Source: Savitreella phatthalungensis
Lineage: Eukaryota
NCBI GenBank assembly: GCA_051599415.1
Contig: AP039692.1
Span: 124,001 to 188,000 of the forward strand
Direction: 5' to 3'
DNA: 64,000 nucleotides
In this document: positions 1-11,777 of the stretch, in pieces
How the letters are laid out: each line of letters opens with the position of its first letter
Numbering within the stretch: the stretch's first letter is position 1
Program-made: the position numbers and the translations under genes
The notes under the pieces: generated by a model
What the model was told of the DNA's origin: nothing
The model's database searches: none
What the model saw: the letters and a program-made list of their open reading frames with translations, nothing else

Positions 1-2734
1 GCGGGTCGTCATCTTTCCGGCCGTCCGTGTCGAGCTGACGGAAGACGCGAACAACGAATCATCAGGGAAACACAGGCGGGAACGCGTCTCAAGATGCGCG
101 CGCCTTTGAAAGAAGCACAGTCAACATAACTATACGTGCTCGGTGAATGCCGCGGACTTGTCCTATTGGGTGTAAGAGCCACGCGGCTAGGCGATAGTCG
201 AAAGACCGGACTCAATCTGGGTGGCTTCAATGGCCAATAAACGTCATTCGCCCGCGATGGAGTCTGTAAAGCAGCTCGCGGGGCCAACAGGTCACGGTCG
301 GACTATACGGTATGGGAGAAGCTTTGCGAGGGAACTCCGAAGAGCGAGACAATAGCCCAACGGAATGGCCCATCATTTACAACCACATCACCTGCGCAAG
401 ACGGGTAAAGTCTCCTTACGAGTGTCAGATTTTGAGGTTGACCAGAGTAAGATCGCTCGAGAGCGAAAGACGCAACAGGTGATTAGTAGTTATGTAGTTG
501 AACTCCGGCCGACACAGAGCTGGCCAATCGAAGCGCCGAGGAAATCAGACTCATCCGCTGGTCGTCTGAGACATACACCTTTCGCGCTCAATGGGTCAAA
601 TCAATCTGCCATGCATGATACTCGGTTTCACCTGCGCGTCAATGGCTATGAATCCACGAGCGGATCTAAGAAGTAAAATAATTATTCGGGCGAGTCTGAA
701 GGACTGACTATGTCCAAGCAGGCCGATGGGATTGCATGTGAGGATGCAAAGCCTCGACAATTAGGATGCGGGTAATGCGCGACGCCTCATACGTCGCTCA
801 AAGCTGATTGCAGTCGTCTGTCGAATCTGAAGATGCATATGCGGGGCGTACATAGTCATGCATCTCGATGGCAGTCACGCGGTTCCCCAGTCAAAATTCT
901 TCGCATCGCCTAGAGGACACATACAATGCTGAGCTTGAGAATGTTCGAGTTCTAGCAAGTCTGCCGTAGGGTTCAGGCGGATGCTGCTTGTACAGCAGCT
1001 CGTACGACATTGTGTAGACAGATGGCAAGCTTCCAGAAGGTAGATCGTCAATGCACGCGAATCTGGGTCATCCCCTCATGTGGCAGCGCTGCGGATCTGC
1101 CGTGCTGTGCCGTGGACGTTGGTATGTATCACACAATTGTAACAGGATGAGCAGTCTTTCAGCAATTGCGCGTGGAAAGAGCTGGCTAGGCAAAGCTGGA
1201 ACGCGATCACGTAAGCTAGAACGCACGCGCTCTCTTGCTTAACTAGTGGATCCCACACGCCCGCAAGATAGAAACAATCCTAGGTCTGATTCTGGGTTGA
1301 TCATGGATGAAGATACAATGGCGGCTTTAACGCAATTACAAAAGCATGCACATGGGAAACAGCCTGAAATTGAATAAGCTTTATGCCTCCGAAGATCACC
1401 TTGATCCTCGGAGATTCGCGATCGATTGCAGATGATAAGAAACTTTGGGGATGGATTGTGGAGAAGAGGAATATCGATTGACCTTGTCCACTGCGGCAGA
1501 GTATGACCACTATACTGATTAGTGCGCTTACGGCGCTGGTGAACGTCGATCAGGACACGAGCCTACCACGTTTCACATCCAGCAACGAGTTCTATTTAGA
1601 GATGGCTTGACTCAGCCTGCAATTTCCAATCTGTCGTCAGACCGCAGCCCAAATAGGTAATTGATCTGGATTCTTCACTGTTTCAGAATCGGTATCTCAT
1701 GACTTGACCACTTTCAGATTGCATGTTAACTTGTGTAAGCCCAGACCTGATTCATAGCCTGCCACTGATCAGCTGAATGCACGATGGCGTTCAGGTGTTA
1801 TGAAGATGAGAGGGTGAGCTGAACTTTAGAAGGCCTTACGGTCAAGCTTACACTTCTTGAACAATGCATGGGTCTTCGTGAACAATGCATCGGTGTGCAT
1901 CGAGTCCAAAGCATACTCGCGTTCCCAGCGGTCTATAAGATCAAAGCTATACAGGTTATCAGGCAGCATCTTGTAGATCAGCTCACAGCTTGTGACCACT
2001 ATGCACAAATCGTCAAGATTACCAATTGTAAAATGCTTGCCTCGAGTGTCCTTGCGCTGGGCTAGGCGCTAGGACCTTGGACTGTCGTCTGATCGACCGT
2101 GACGTGCTTCAAACAATCTTCTTCCTACAAGCACAATAAAAGTAGTGGAAGATGGCAAGGGCGTCTAAGTCAGCGTGGACAGGGTGCATGGTGGCATGAC
2201 CTGTAGACGATACATGCCAATGAAATGCAAATAGAAGTCTCACACTAGACTGACCACATGACTACTGGGTCAAAGGGGCACGAATGCGGGCCACTGAAGC
2301 GGCCGAGAGCATGAACTAGCATGAACTAGCAGGAGCAATAGCGAGGTATGAGCAAGCAGCACTCTTGGGCCATAGGCATGTACAAGTGGCAGGGACAACG
2401 ACCTCGAACCACAAGACTGCGATTTACAAGATAACACCTTTGGAGTCTTTCTTTGTATCTTGTCTTTCTTACGATCGGTTAGTCCCACTCACTCTTGTCT
2501 GGTCAAACATCGCTCTCGCACAAAGCGATCCAGACCCACAATCGACTCGAGGCTTAGGCGCTAGGGTTACACAAGGCAGGCAGCACAAGCTTTCGCCAGC
2601 GTGACACAAATCAGCATCCTCTCTCTCAGTTCTCCGGTGTCTATCGCTTCTTCTTTTCTGCCTCTCTCTTTCCCTCGCATCGATCGGCCCGGATTCAAGG
2701 CAAATACCACTGCATCTCTTCTTCGATTTGTCTC

Positions 2735-5410
2735 ATGAGCTCTATGCTTTCCCGAGACGATGTGTCCCTCGTGGCCGCCGGTTTGTCCTCTAGCGAGCAG
2801 CCAATGTTGCGGGAACATAAGCTAACTGAGGACCAATCGACCCTCACAATTTATGAGGAGCTTGTGGAATCAAACGTTGCTGTTCTGCCTGATGAGGAGA
2901 AAGGGAAGCCCGATTTGAAGTCTGACGAGGATCTCTGGCTGGCCGGTATGCTTGACCTGGAGTTTGACATCCCAATTGAGCAGGGAGCGTCGTCTTGTTC
3001 TGATGGTTCCTCATATTTTCTCTCACCTTCTTCGCCCTCATCAGCTTCTATGACGGCTTGTTCGTCTTCTATTAGTGACTCCAGCGTCAAATTGACTGAC
3101 GGGACGTTGAGCATCAGCGGGAATCATGATGAATCTGACAAGCCATCGACCAGCTTGGTACCATCTTCACCCTCTTTCTCGATTTGGCAGGCTGGAGATC
3201 CTCATCTAGCGAACCAGCCGGTTGGTCCCTATTTGAATTTAGTTTCGTCAGCGAATGACTCGTCCCACTTCGAAAGGTCTCAGAAATCCAAATCCGGCTT
3301 TCCGCTCGACGACGACCAACACAAGACTACGGTCAAAGAGGATGTCAACGGGGTGAACGACAAAACCCTGAGAGACACGTCTCGTCATGCGTCTTCAGCT
3401 GAGACTTTGGTCTCAAAGGCTTCAATCCTCGCTGAGACACGTTGTGCTCATCGTCTCTCGGACATTGATACCAACGGTGTGAGCAACTGCAGCTCGCGCG
3501 CTGATACCACCACCATCACCACCACCGCCAGTGCCGACAGCATTCACTCGGGAATCTCGCTCGCTGACGTGAGTCGTCTTCGAGGCAGGCCTGATATTGT
3601 GATACCACGCACGAGCCTGATACGACTCCAGCAAAAGCTTCCATCACCTGTAAAAGAAAGCCCCGGTGGACTCGACCTCTCACAAACTACTATCACCAAC
3701 TCCACTGCTGCTCCTCCCCTTCCACCTGCAGTTCAGCCGCCCAATCGGCCGGGCCCTTTTGCTTCTATCACTCGCTCGCTCACTCTTGTCCCTGCCTCTT
3801 ATATGTCGAGGTCGTCGGCCACATCAATGCCCATTATCCCAGAGCAACAGGCAAGCGCGCAACACACATTCGCGCGGATTGATACTTCAATCGCAGCTTC
3901 GAACACCGATCTTGTGTCTGCATCGCCTGCGACTGCTTCTTCCTTACAAGACGAGCTTAGTGCTCTTGCAAGTTTCGTTGATCCAGCACAGCTCGATCCT
4001 TCTTCTTCGCCTGCAGACATGTCGATGAGACTGTCGCGATCCTTTACGACCATGGATGCGCCTTCTGCTGGTCAGCACCTATACGGAATACCGATGAAGC
4101 AACAGCCGCAGCAGCAACTCAGACCACAGCACGTCATGCAGAATGCAGGCTACCACCGCGCAACGCAGCAGCAGCTATCGTCGCCAGTATCCTTGGCTTC
4201 TGCTGACGACGCATCTCAGCTTTGGACACCAGAGACTTCTCCGCACTTCGCACCATACGGTCACGATCTCATGCTCCAGACTGAGGCGATGCGTCGTACT
4301 CAGTCTACGCCCTTCTTCCCTGCTACAAGCGAGCCTACACATCCATTCGAGGCATCAGCCGGGGATGACTTCTTCAGCGAGCTTACCGCTAGTATGTCCC
4401 GCTCGGGTTCGATCGTGCCTGCGAGCGACAATGGCATCTACGGCATGAATGGTGACTACCTCCTGCCTAGCGCGCCGATCGAGCAGCATCCTTCGGTCGC
4501 ACAGCGCGCAATGCGTCCCAGCATGAAGCGCAAGACACGGCCCATTCCTATTTCGACCACACTGCGCTATCCGGCAGCATCCCCGCTGGGTGTCAAAACT
4601 GCTCCTTTGCCCTATACTATACCATCGCCGCTATCCGCGAAGCGCACATTCGATGACTTCAGCGACCTTGAGCTGGACATGCAGCAGCACGTCGCTCAGC
4701 AGCCACACTCTCCCGCAGCAATGCAGCACCCACCAGCTCACTTGCTCGAGACGCCGACTATGAAGCGAGTGAAGTCTGTGTCTGGCGCCAGCTCCGTACT
4801 GAGCTCGCCTCTTGACGGAGATATCTGGGCTGCTGCTGCCGGGCTCGACCCAGATGCTATTTTGGCATCACCCACATATCCTTCTGAGTATGGTGTGCTC
4901 GACCAACACATAGTACCGCTGTCGCCCACAATAGCTGACATGGGCTACATGCAAGACGCCATTCACATGGATGCCGTCTACGGACCCACTTCTGCCGCAT
5001 TAGCACCTACAAGCGTAGGCTTCATGGCTCCGCGCATCCTTGCGTACGATGACGTTCAGCAGCCTTTTGCTGTGCCGATGCAGCAGCAGCAACAGCCAGT
5101 GCTGCCACAGCAGCAGCAGCGCATGCACTTTGCGCTGCATCCTCCTCAGCAACACATCCCCGTTCGTCGGTCATCCTCTTACGCACGGTCGCCAGCACGA
5201 CGACCTTTCAACAATGGCCCTGTGTCTTCGAAGGAAATCTCCTTCTGCAACTTTACTGCAGCCGACAAGAAGACAATCTTGTCAGGCGTCGCACCGTCAG
5301 GCAGCAATAAGAAGCACACTTCCGGTACCGGGGCAGGCAATCCGGCCATCGGCAAGGTCAGAGGGGAGGACATGATTCGTTCACGTTCATCCGGCTCAAT
5401 TCTCGCATGA
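2735..5410 (+). CDS. Ser/Pro/Gln-rich protein with C-terminal ESC1/WetA-related motif (WetA-like developmental regulator), 891 aa
   Basis: Single long ORF. C-terminal ISFCNFTAADKKTILSGVAPSGSNKK (5237-5314) resembles the conserved WetA/Esc1 motif FVNFT..D..KILTGVAPSGSSK. The rest is low complexity. Confidence 0.7.
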   Translation: MSSMLSRDDVSLVAAGLSSSEQPMLREHKLTEDQSTLTIYEELVESNVAVLPDEEKGKPDLKSDEDLWLAGMLDLEFDIPIEQGASSCSDGSSYFLSPSSPSSASMTACSSSISDSSVKLTDGTLSISGNHDESDKPSTSLVPSSPSFSIWQAGDPHLANQPVGPYLNLVSSANDSSHFERSQKSKSGFPLDDDQHKTTVKEDVNGVNDKTLRDTSRHASSAETLVSKASILAETRCAHRLSDIDTNGVSNCSSRADTTTITTTASADSIHSGISLADVSRLRGRPDIVIPRTSLIRLQQKLPSPVKESPGGLDLSQTTITNSTAAPPLPPAVQPPNRPGPFASITRSLTLVPASYMSRSSATSMPIIPEQQASAQHTFARIDTSIAASNTDLVSASPATASSLQDELSALASFVDPAQLDPSSSPADMSMRLSRSFTTMDAPSAGQHLYGIPMKQQPQQQLRPQHVMQNAGYHRATQQQLSSPVSLASADDASQLWTPETSPHFAPYGHDLMLQTEAMRRTQSTPFFPATSEPTHPFEASAGDDFFSELTASMSRSGSIVPASDNGIYGMNGDYLLPSAPIEQHPSVAQRAMRPSMKRKTRPIPISTTLRYPAASPLGVKTAPLPYTIPSPLSAKRTFDDFSDLELDMQQHVAQQPHSPAAMQHPPAHLLETPTMKRVKSVSGASSVLSSPLDGDIWAAAAGLDPDAILASPTYPSEYGVLDQHIVPLSPTIADMGYMQDAIHMDAVYGPTSAALAPTSVGFMAPRILAYDDVQQPFAVPMQQQQQPVLPQQQQRMHFALHPPQQHIPVRRSSSYARSPARRPFNNGPVSSKEISFCNFTAADKKTILSGVAPSGSNKKHTSGTGAGNPAIGKVRGEDMIRSRSSGSILA

Positions 5411-6673
5411 GCCGGCTTCAGCGACAACAAGAGTTATCACTGACTCTTCGTCGCCTGACTTAACTGGAAACGAAAGGACGACACGACCCCCGATGCAACA
5501 CAACGCCCTATCCGACTCAACGCCATGAGAATCTTCAACTCATCTGCTCTTTTTCTTGACACTCAACACAACCTTGGACCTGAAGCATAGAGCGCTTGCG
5601 ATGCTCCACTGCACAGAACTGACAACTATGGTCATTGCGCCTTGACCTTTTTTCTCATCTTTCACTTTGTAATTATACGACGATACGGTTGCTTCGCATA
5701 AATACTGTTATGGCATGACGCGTGTGTGTGTATTGTGATAAGGTTGAGTGCGAATGTGATTTTGTGACTGAGTGGTCAAATGGATGCCTTTTGTGCGCAT
5801 CACGAAGGGGACTGCCATTGACCCTGCAATACTCTCCACGACCACGACTCCGCAGGTCAGATTACGGCATACGTGGTACTCTTGAGCCACTTTCTAGTCA
5901 AGATCCGACACCACATGTAAGATCTTAGCAATCATACCGTATCCGAGATTCCGGTCATGAGACAAACATATAATGGAGATCCAAGGCGCAATCGCTCCCA
6001 CCAGGTGGCGGTCCAGAGATTCCCCATAACGATCGACCGCGCATAGGCGAAGGCCAATCGTCTTGTAAATCCCTCACTCATTCACAGGTTCAAGATTTGC
6101 AGAGCTTTTATCGCGTGTCCCGGCATCGGGTCCCGTTGATTGGCTCGGTTGATCGATTTGATCACGATCGGATCGGATCGATTAGAAATAAAATCTCCTC
6201 AAAACCCCGCGGGATCTGCAGATGGTGGCGTACGTCCGTGGAGCGAATTAAATTACGCAAGCACGGCACGCTTTCCTCGTGAGCGTGATAGGCTCTGTCG
6301 GAGATTGAAAGGGTGGAGAAATCGAGGTGATCTTTACACAGCGTGTGCTGGAGGTATCTCTATCGATCCAAATCTGACTTCATAGTTGCAGCTAAGAGGT
6401 CTTTTCCATTGGCGCTGCAAGTACGAACGAGTGTTCGCTGCAGCGTTCCGACTCGATTCACTTCCTCGTATCTTGTGATCATGACTTGTACCTTATCATG
6501 GTGATCCAGCGCAAGGAAGAGTCCAAAGTACGGCAGTGGCGGAACACATCTCAGGGAAAAACATGCAGAAGCTCCCTATCACGTCGCTAATGGTTATGCA
6601 TGTGCGCAAATAGTTGCTCATGGTCCATGGTGCTACATAGAAGAACAGGGAGTATAGACCGAACTCAATCGCC

Positions 6674-9262
6674 TCACCGACTTGTCCTCCTTGAGGGTTT
6701 ACTCGTTCTCCGCTCTCTCTCGTCACGCGGTGCCGTTCCCGCGACGACACCGTCAACTGATGTGGTGAAGCTGACTGGCGGCGCGTTCTCGTCGGCAGGC
6801 GCGGATGATGTTGGTGAAGCGTTGGCATTGCTGCTGCTGCTGCCTCGCCGCTTGGCCTTGAGTTCTGTGCCGAGGAGCACGTCCGCGTCGTTAGTACTGG
6901 CGCTCACAGGAGCCGTGCGTTTTGCCGCTGGGCGCTCGCCGCCAGTACCGCCCAAGGCCTCTGTCGATTTCCGCTTCTTGCCTAGCGCTTTTGCGTGATC
7001 CCCGTTATTCTCGTCTAGCTCTTTCTCCTCGTCGGACGGCGGACTTGCCAGTCTGACACCGCTCGCGAATGCGCCGGCAGCTGCAGCTGCTGCAGCCGCA
7101 GCCGCAGCCCCAGCATGTGATGTGCTCGACGGCGATCGACCGCCGAGGACCGACTCCATCGTGGGTGTCCTAGGTGAAGCGACTCCTGTGTTTGTGCTCG
7201 GCGAGTGGATCGTTGTCACAGCGCCAGTGCCTGTCCCAGGAAGCACGCCGGCGGTGGTCGTTGGTGTCGTCACAGCTGTGGAGGCATTGATGGCAGCTGC
7301 CGCCGCTGCTGCATCGTGCGCAACCACGATATTCCGTGGCACGTCTGAGTGCACAACAGACAGAAGCTGGTCGCGATGCGTCTCCACGAGCGCATTTGCG
7401 ACTCGGCCGAGCTTCTCACGTCGGATGAGATCGAACAGCTCGAGCACAGCGGAGGCAAGCAAATTGTCCTTGCCATCGCTGTCGCACAGAAGCTCCACAA
7501 GTGGCTTGAGCAAATGATTCTTGACAATGTTGCGGTCATAGTATTCATCGTTGATGGCCAGGCAGACGCGGAAATACCGCAATGCAGCCAGCTTGATATG
7601 CTTCTCCCGCCGACGCTGCATCAGCCGGGCGACCATCATCGATACGTTGTGTGAGAGAACGAAAAATTTGCACCGAAAGGTGTGGGCGCGGAGAAAGAAC
7701 GCGAGCAGGTCGAGCAAGTGAGCAAGCGTATCTGCATCTGCAGCGTCCACACCGTCTTCTTCGAGTCCTCGCATTAGTCGTGTCATGTTTTTGGTGTAGA
7801 AGAGCTCGAGAAAGCGCTCCGCTTCCGGTTCATCGAGTCGTGTCTGCTGCCCGGCAAGTGGGTCTACAACGCAGCGTAGAGCCTCTGTCATTTGCGATTT
7901 CACCCCCAGGTCGCGCTCGTTGAGCAACATGTCGATTAACAGCTCAAGTAACGTCGTTTCGCTGCGGGAGTCCTGCTGAAGGATGTGCTGCCTAGCAAGC
8001 CTGGGGTCGTGCTCAATAGTACATACTAGCACGTCGGCACCGGCTAATCTGGAGCGCTCTGTCGTCAAAGCCCAGCTGAGCATTGCGAAAAGGCCGTGCT
8101 GGATGAGAGTGGCGTACAAGGATTGCCGCGCAGGCGGTTGTAGCGTTTTTGCTACACCACAAGCTTGCTGTACGAACACGACGGCGTCGCGTCGCGAGGA
8201 TTCTGATGCCGTCGAGTCCTCTGCAAAGAGCTCGAAGAGCTCCGGAAGAAATGTTTCGTCGTGCTGGAAATGCTGCACAATGTCGACCTGATTGAAAAAA
8301 ATGAGCGTGTTAAGAATGCTAAAAGTTGGATCGTCGAGGAGGCGTGCGAGTATCACGTCTTTGAGATACTGAAGTCTGAAAGTCTGATGGATCTTGCGTA
8401 CAATGTCTTGGTCGTGAACCTGAACCACCTGTTTGAAGTCTGCTTTGTCGCGCAGGATCCTTCTGTGATCTGCTCGATGCCGAGGAAACTCCGGGTCGTA
8501 TTCGAAGATGCCGACCACACCCATGAAGTGCTCGTCCATGAGAATGCAGTCGAAGATGGCGGCATCATTGAGCAAGACGAGAGATTTGAGTACATTGCAG
8601 AGTCGATGCAAATCTGCGATGCTTTTGAGTGCTTCCGCTTGAGAGTGTAAGCCAACAAGCTTGCCGAGGTAGCCTTCGTGGAGGACGACTTTAGCGAGAG
8701 CCTCGCGACGGGCGACACTGCCCAATGCAGATTGGACGATCTCTTCGATCTCGGCGAGCTTGTCGATCGCAGGCTCAGGCAGACAGAGTTCCCCTGAGCC
8801 ATCGAGGCCGGCGCCTACACCGCCGTCGCTATCACTTGCTCCGTCATCCCATCGTTCGTTATTCATCAACTTTTGCGCATGTCGGAGGAAGTTCCAAATC
8901 TCATAGCAGCCTTCTTCCTCCTGGAAACTTAAGGCAACGTCTGTGCCATCGAGTTCTTGCCAGACGATCAGAGTGTTCTGCTGAACCTGGTAAAGGTCAT
9001 CTTTAATAATCGAGGATTCGAGCAGGGTGACATCGCGATTTTCTTCGGATTTGACGAGTAAGGTGGCTTCCTGAAGGATGACGGATTCGTCGTCGCTACC
9101 TGAGCCGGCAACCGCGATTTGCCCTCCAGATTCTGCGTCTGAGCTGGCAGAAGCAGGCCTGACAAGTCCCATACAGAATCCCGTGCCGCGATCTGACCAT
9201 GCCTCGCCGCGCATCTCGTAAACCTTGACGCGACGAGGTTGGCTAGTGCTGACCAGCTCCAT
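6674..9262 (-). CDS. PSY2: Protein phosphatase 4 regulatory subunit 3 (Psy2/SMEK/PP4R3), 862 aa
   Basis: N-terminal EVH1-like RRVKVYE..W.DRGTGFC and QQNTLIVW..D.ALSFQE..GC.EIW. SMK-1 region GIFEYDPEFP and KIHQTFRLQYLKDVILARLLDD. Low-complexity basic tail. Confidence 0.93.
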   Translation of the reverse strand: MELVSTSQPRRVKVYEMRGEAWSDRGTGFCMGLVRPASASSDAESGGQIAVAGSGSDDESVILQEATLLVKSEENRDVTLLESSIIKDDLYQVQQNTLIVWQELDGTDVALSFQEEEGCYEIWNFLRHAQKLMNNERWDDGASDSDGGVGAGLDGSGELCLPEPAIDKLAEIEEIVQSALGSVARREALAKVVLHEGYLGKLVGLHSQAEALKSIADLHRLCNVLKSLVLLNDAAIFDCILMDEHFMGVVGIFEYDPEFPRHRADHRRILRDKADFKQVVQVHDQDIVRKIHQTFRLQYLKDVILARLLDDPTFSILNTLIFFNQVDIVQHFQHDETFLPELFELFAEDSTASESSRRDAVVFVQQACGVAKTLQPPARQSLYATLIQHGLFAMLSWALTTERSRLAGADVLVCTIEHDPRLARQHILQQDSRSETTLLELLIDMLLNERDLGVKSQMTEALRCVVDPLAGQQTRLDEPEAERFLELFYTKNMTRLMRGLEEDGVDAADADTLAHLLDLLAFFLRAHTFRCKFFVLSHNVSMMVARLMQRRREKHIKLAALRYFRVCLAINDEYYDRNIVKNHLLKPLVELLCDSDGKDNLLASAVLELFDLIRREKLGRVANALVETHRDQLLSVVHSDVPRNIVVAHDAAAAAAAINASTAVTTPTTTAGVLPGTGTGAVTTIHSPSTNTGVASPRTPTMESVLGGRSPSSTSHAGAAAAAAAAAAAGAFASGVRLASPPSDEEKELDENNGDHAKALGKKRKSTEALGGTGGERPAAKRTAPVSASTNDADVLLGTELKAKRRGSSSSNANASPTSSAPADENAPPVSFTTSVDGVVAGTAPRDERERRTSKPSRRTSR

Positions 9263-9584
9263 GGTGTGCAGATGAAAGCAGGGATGGGGGACGCTCAGCA
9301 GATGGCTGGTATTCTGTAAGCCTTTCGCTAGACTATTGCATCAGAGTAGGTCGACATTATGCACGGGAAAGAGACGTGACCGCCAGTTGTTGATAAGTTT
9401 TGATATCTGGTTTATGTCTCGAACGACGCGTCTCTGACGTTTTCGAAGCTCTTCAACACAGTCGCCGGATAATTGATGTTTTAGCAGTAACAGTCAAAGA
9501 GAATCACTTGTGCAGCTTGGTGTGAATTGGTGCTACCGAAGTTTCTTCTGAGCTTGTTAATCAAATGACGTTCATTGAAGCTGT

Positions 9585-9835
9585 CGTGTGTCGCGTGTAC
9601 GTATATGTGCGTATATGAGTAAATATGTGTATGTATGTGTATATATGTGTGCATGTGTACATATAGCTAGGTACGTACATGCAATGCAAATCTGGATCAA
9701 TGGATGCGTACGTTGATGTGTGTGTGATGTGATATGCTGTGTACATCTTCAAATTGTGTATGTATAGCTATACCTTAGCTAGTAGACTCTTTCTCTATAG
9801 CTATACTCTATACTGTATACGCTATAGTGATCTGT
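9585..9835. repeat. Degenerate alternating purine-pyrimidine (TA/TG) low-complexity tract
   Basis: gtgtcgcgtgtacgtatatgtgcgtatatgagtaaatatgtgtatgtatgtgtatatatgtgtgcatgtgtac... lies in the PSY2 upstream region next to the retrotransposon insertion. Confidence 0.6.
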
Positions 9836-10049
9836 ATAATTGTGTTATTGAACTACAGTATATACAATGAACGCGCTGCAGGTGAATTACACCGTGAATT
9901 GGTGCATGGATTTCTGAATGTGATTAATTCATCAGAGGAATACACAGAATTGATCCGTCATATCAATCAACTGAATTCTTTCAAAAGATATTCACCTGAA
10001 GATCGACGAGGGCGAGTGAATATATTTGACTGATGGATGGATGCATACA

Positions 10050-10160
10050 TGTAACGCAATCGGATAATCGCTACGTGTTCAGTCTGTGATATCTTATACG
10101 AGGGACGTGATCAGCACGTCACGTGACAACAAAGGCGATCAGTAAACCTAAGGTGTAACA
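10050..10160 (-). repeat. 3' LTR (111 bp)
   Basis: tgtaacgcaatcgg...aggtgtaaca is base-for-base identical to 15450-15560. On the minus strand it is preceded by a short purine-rich GGGGTGA (10161-10167), a weak PPT candidate. Confidence 0.97.
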
Positions 10161-10207
10161 TCACCCCGGCGGAAGGATCTGCCTTGTCCTCAAGGTTGGT
10201 TAGTATA

Positions 10208-10243
10208 TAGTTGTTGGTAGTCATATAGTCGTTGGTAGTCATA
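10208..10243. repeat. 18-bp tandem duplication in the retrotransposon 3' untranslated region
   Basis: TAGTTGTTGGTAGTCATA followed by TAGTCGTTGGTAGTCATA (1 mismatch). Confidence 0.8.
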
Positions 10244-11777
10244 GAGTCGTGAGAGTCGAGAAATAGTTGAAAAGAATTGGTCGCGGGTCTCCCGGATTAT
10301 CGGTAGGCGACGATTGTTGGTCTTGGTACCGTTGGTACTCGATTGGGTCCATGTGTCGGACAATATCAGCGTCTACCCACTGGTCGTCTGTAGCGTTGGT
10401 TCCGCGCCAATGAATTAGCAACTGGGTCTTGTTGCGGCGCGTCCTACTTCGGAGTATACTGTCGATTGTCGGTGTGTCGTTTGTTGGCGGCCTGTGATGT
10501 TGGCCCTCGGCCGCCGGCTCCAGCTTGGCGACGCTCACAACGTCGTGCTGCAAATATCCTTCCGGTAGAGCCAAACGATAGGCCAGAGGCCCAACCTTCT
10601 CGACAATGCGGAACGGTCCCACACGCTGAGGACCCAGCTTGTTGGTAACGAGGTTTGGGAAGTTGAAATCGCGTGCCCTGAGGAGGACGTGGTCCCCAAC
10701 TGCGAATTGGCGTTGCTCGTGGCGACGATCGTACCAGAAGGCAGACCGAGCGTCGGCTATAGCAAGCGAATCCTCAACCTCATGACGAACAAGTTCCCTT
10801 CGTTCGTGGAAGCCCAAGGAGTTAGGTCGGTCCGCCGAGTCGGCAATATCGCGGATAAAGTCTAGTCCAGTGCGTGGCTGCAGTCCAAATAAGGCTTCGT
10901 AAGGTGATTTCTGCGTTGACTCAGAGACTGACGTGTTGAGAAAGAATTCGACTGCGGGTAGGTGTTCCACCCAATCCTTTGTTGATGAGTCGACCAGGTG
11001 ACGCAGGATGATTTCCACTTGTTGATTTGTGCGTTCCGCCTGTCCGTCAGTCTGCGGATGGTAAGCGGTCGCCAGACGCTTCTTCACTCCCAATTGTCGA
11101 AGGAGGTCGGTCCAGAAGTCACTAATGAATCGAGTGTCACGATCGGAGATGATGGACTCTGGGATACCGTAGCGTCTGACGTAGTTAGCAAAGAATCTCT
11201 CTGCAGTCACTTCAGCAGTGTCTTTCTCCGAGCAAGGCCACAGTGTGACAACCTTGGTAAATCGATCGGTGACTGTCGTGAACGCATCGTAGCCTCCAGG
11301 GAGATGAGGCAGTTTCACGACAAAGTCCATTCCGACGGCCTGGAAGGGAGCAGTTGATGTGAGAGGTTGGAGTTGACCATACGGCCGGTGACGAGTAGGG
11401 TTGTTCTCGCGACAAGCTGCACATTTGCGGACGTAGTCGTCACACAGCGTCCTCAGTCGAGGATGGAAGAAGAGCGACCGAAGGCGCTTGTAGGTGCGTT
11501 CACCTCCAGAATGGCCATAGGTCTCGTGAGTGTGTTGGACTAACTCCCGGGCCTTCTCTGTCGGCAAGCACAGTCGTGAGTTGGTGCCGTTATTGAAGTA
11601 TAGTCGCTGTCGAACGAGGGAGAAACCATGATAGTCGTTGTCAGAACCAGGACCCGTTTCTCCTATTTCGAGTTGAGCAAATAGTCGGCGCCATAGCTTG
11701 TCAGCGCGATACAATGGTCCCCAGTCTTCCTCGTCATCGATTTCGACGGGAAAAAGGGCGACTGAGCGCGTCCACAT
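10239..11777 (-). CDS. Retrotransposon ORF3: integrase (HHCC, DDE, GPY/F) with C-terminal chromodomain
   Basis: HETYGH...CAAC zinc finger. GMDFV / ISDRD / AERTN catalytic motifs. KLGPQRVGPFRI GPY/F module. IDSILRSR...LLIHWRG...DDQWV chromodomain. It is in the +1 frame relative to the RT-RH ORF. Confidence 0.93.
   Translation of the reverse strand: MWTRSVALFPVEIDDEEDWGPLYRADKLWRRLFAQLEIGETGPGSDNDYHGFSLVRQRLYFNNGTNSRLCLPTEKARELVQHTHETYGHSGGERTYKRLRSLFFHPRLRTLCDDYVRKCAACRENNPTRHRPYGQLQPLTSTAPFQAVGMDFVVKLPHLPGGYDAFTTVTDRFTKVVTLWPCSEKDTAEVTAERFFANYVRRYGIPESIISDRDTRFISDFWTDLLRQLGVKKRLATAYHPQTDGQAERTNQQVEIILRHLVDSSTKDWVEHLPAVEFFLNTSVSESTQKSPYEALFGLQPRTGLDFIRDIADSADRPNSLGFHERRELVRHEVEDSLAIADARSAFWYDRRHEQRQFAVGDHVLLRARDFNFPNLVTNKLGPQRVGPFRIVEKVGPLAYRLALPEGYLQHDVVSVAKLEPAAEGQHHRPPTNDTPTIDSILRSRTRRNKTQLLIHWRGTNATDDQWVDADIVRHMDPIEYQRYQDQQSSPTDNPGDPRPILFNYFSTLTTL

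Noticed and set aside
1..2700. Short ORFs and AbaA sites (CATTCY) upstream of the WetA-like gene; 10-nt tandem AGCATGAACT at 2308-2331
   Set aside because: The ORFs lack recognisable motifs, only one CATTCY match was noticed (chance level), and the tandem is too short to interpret.
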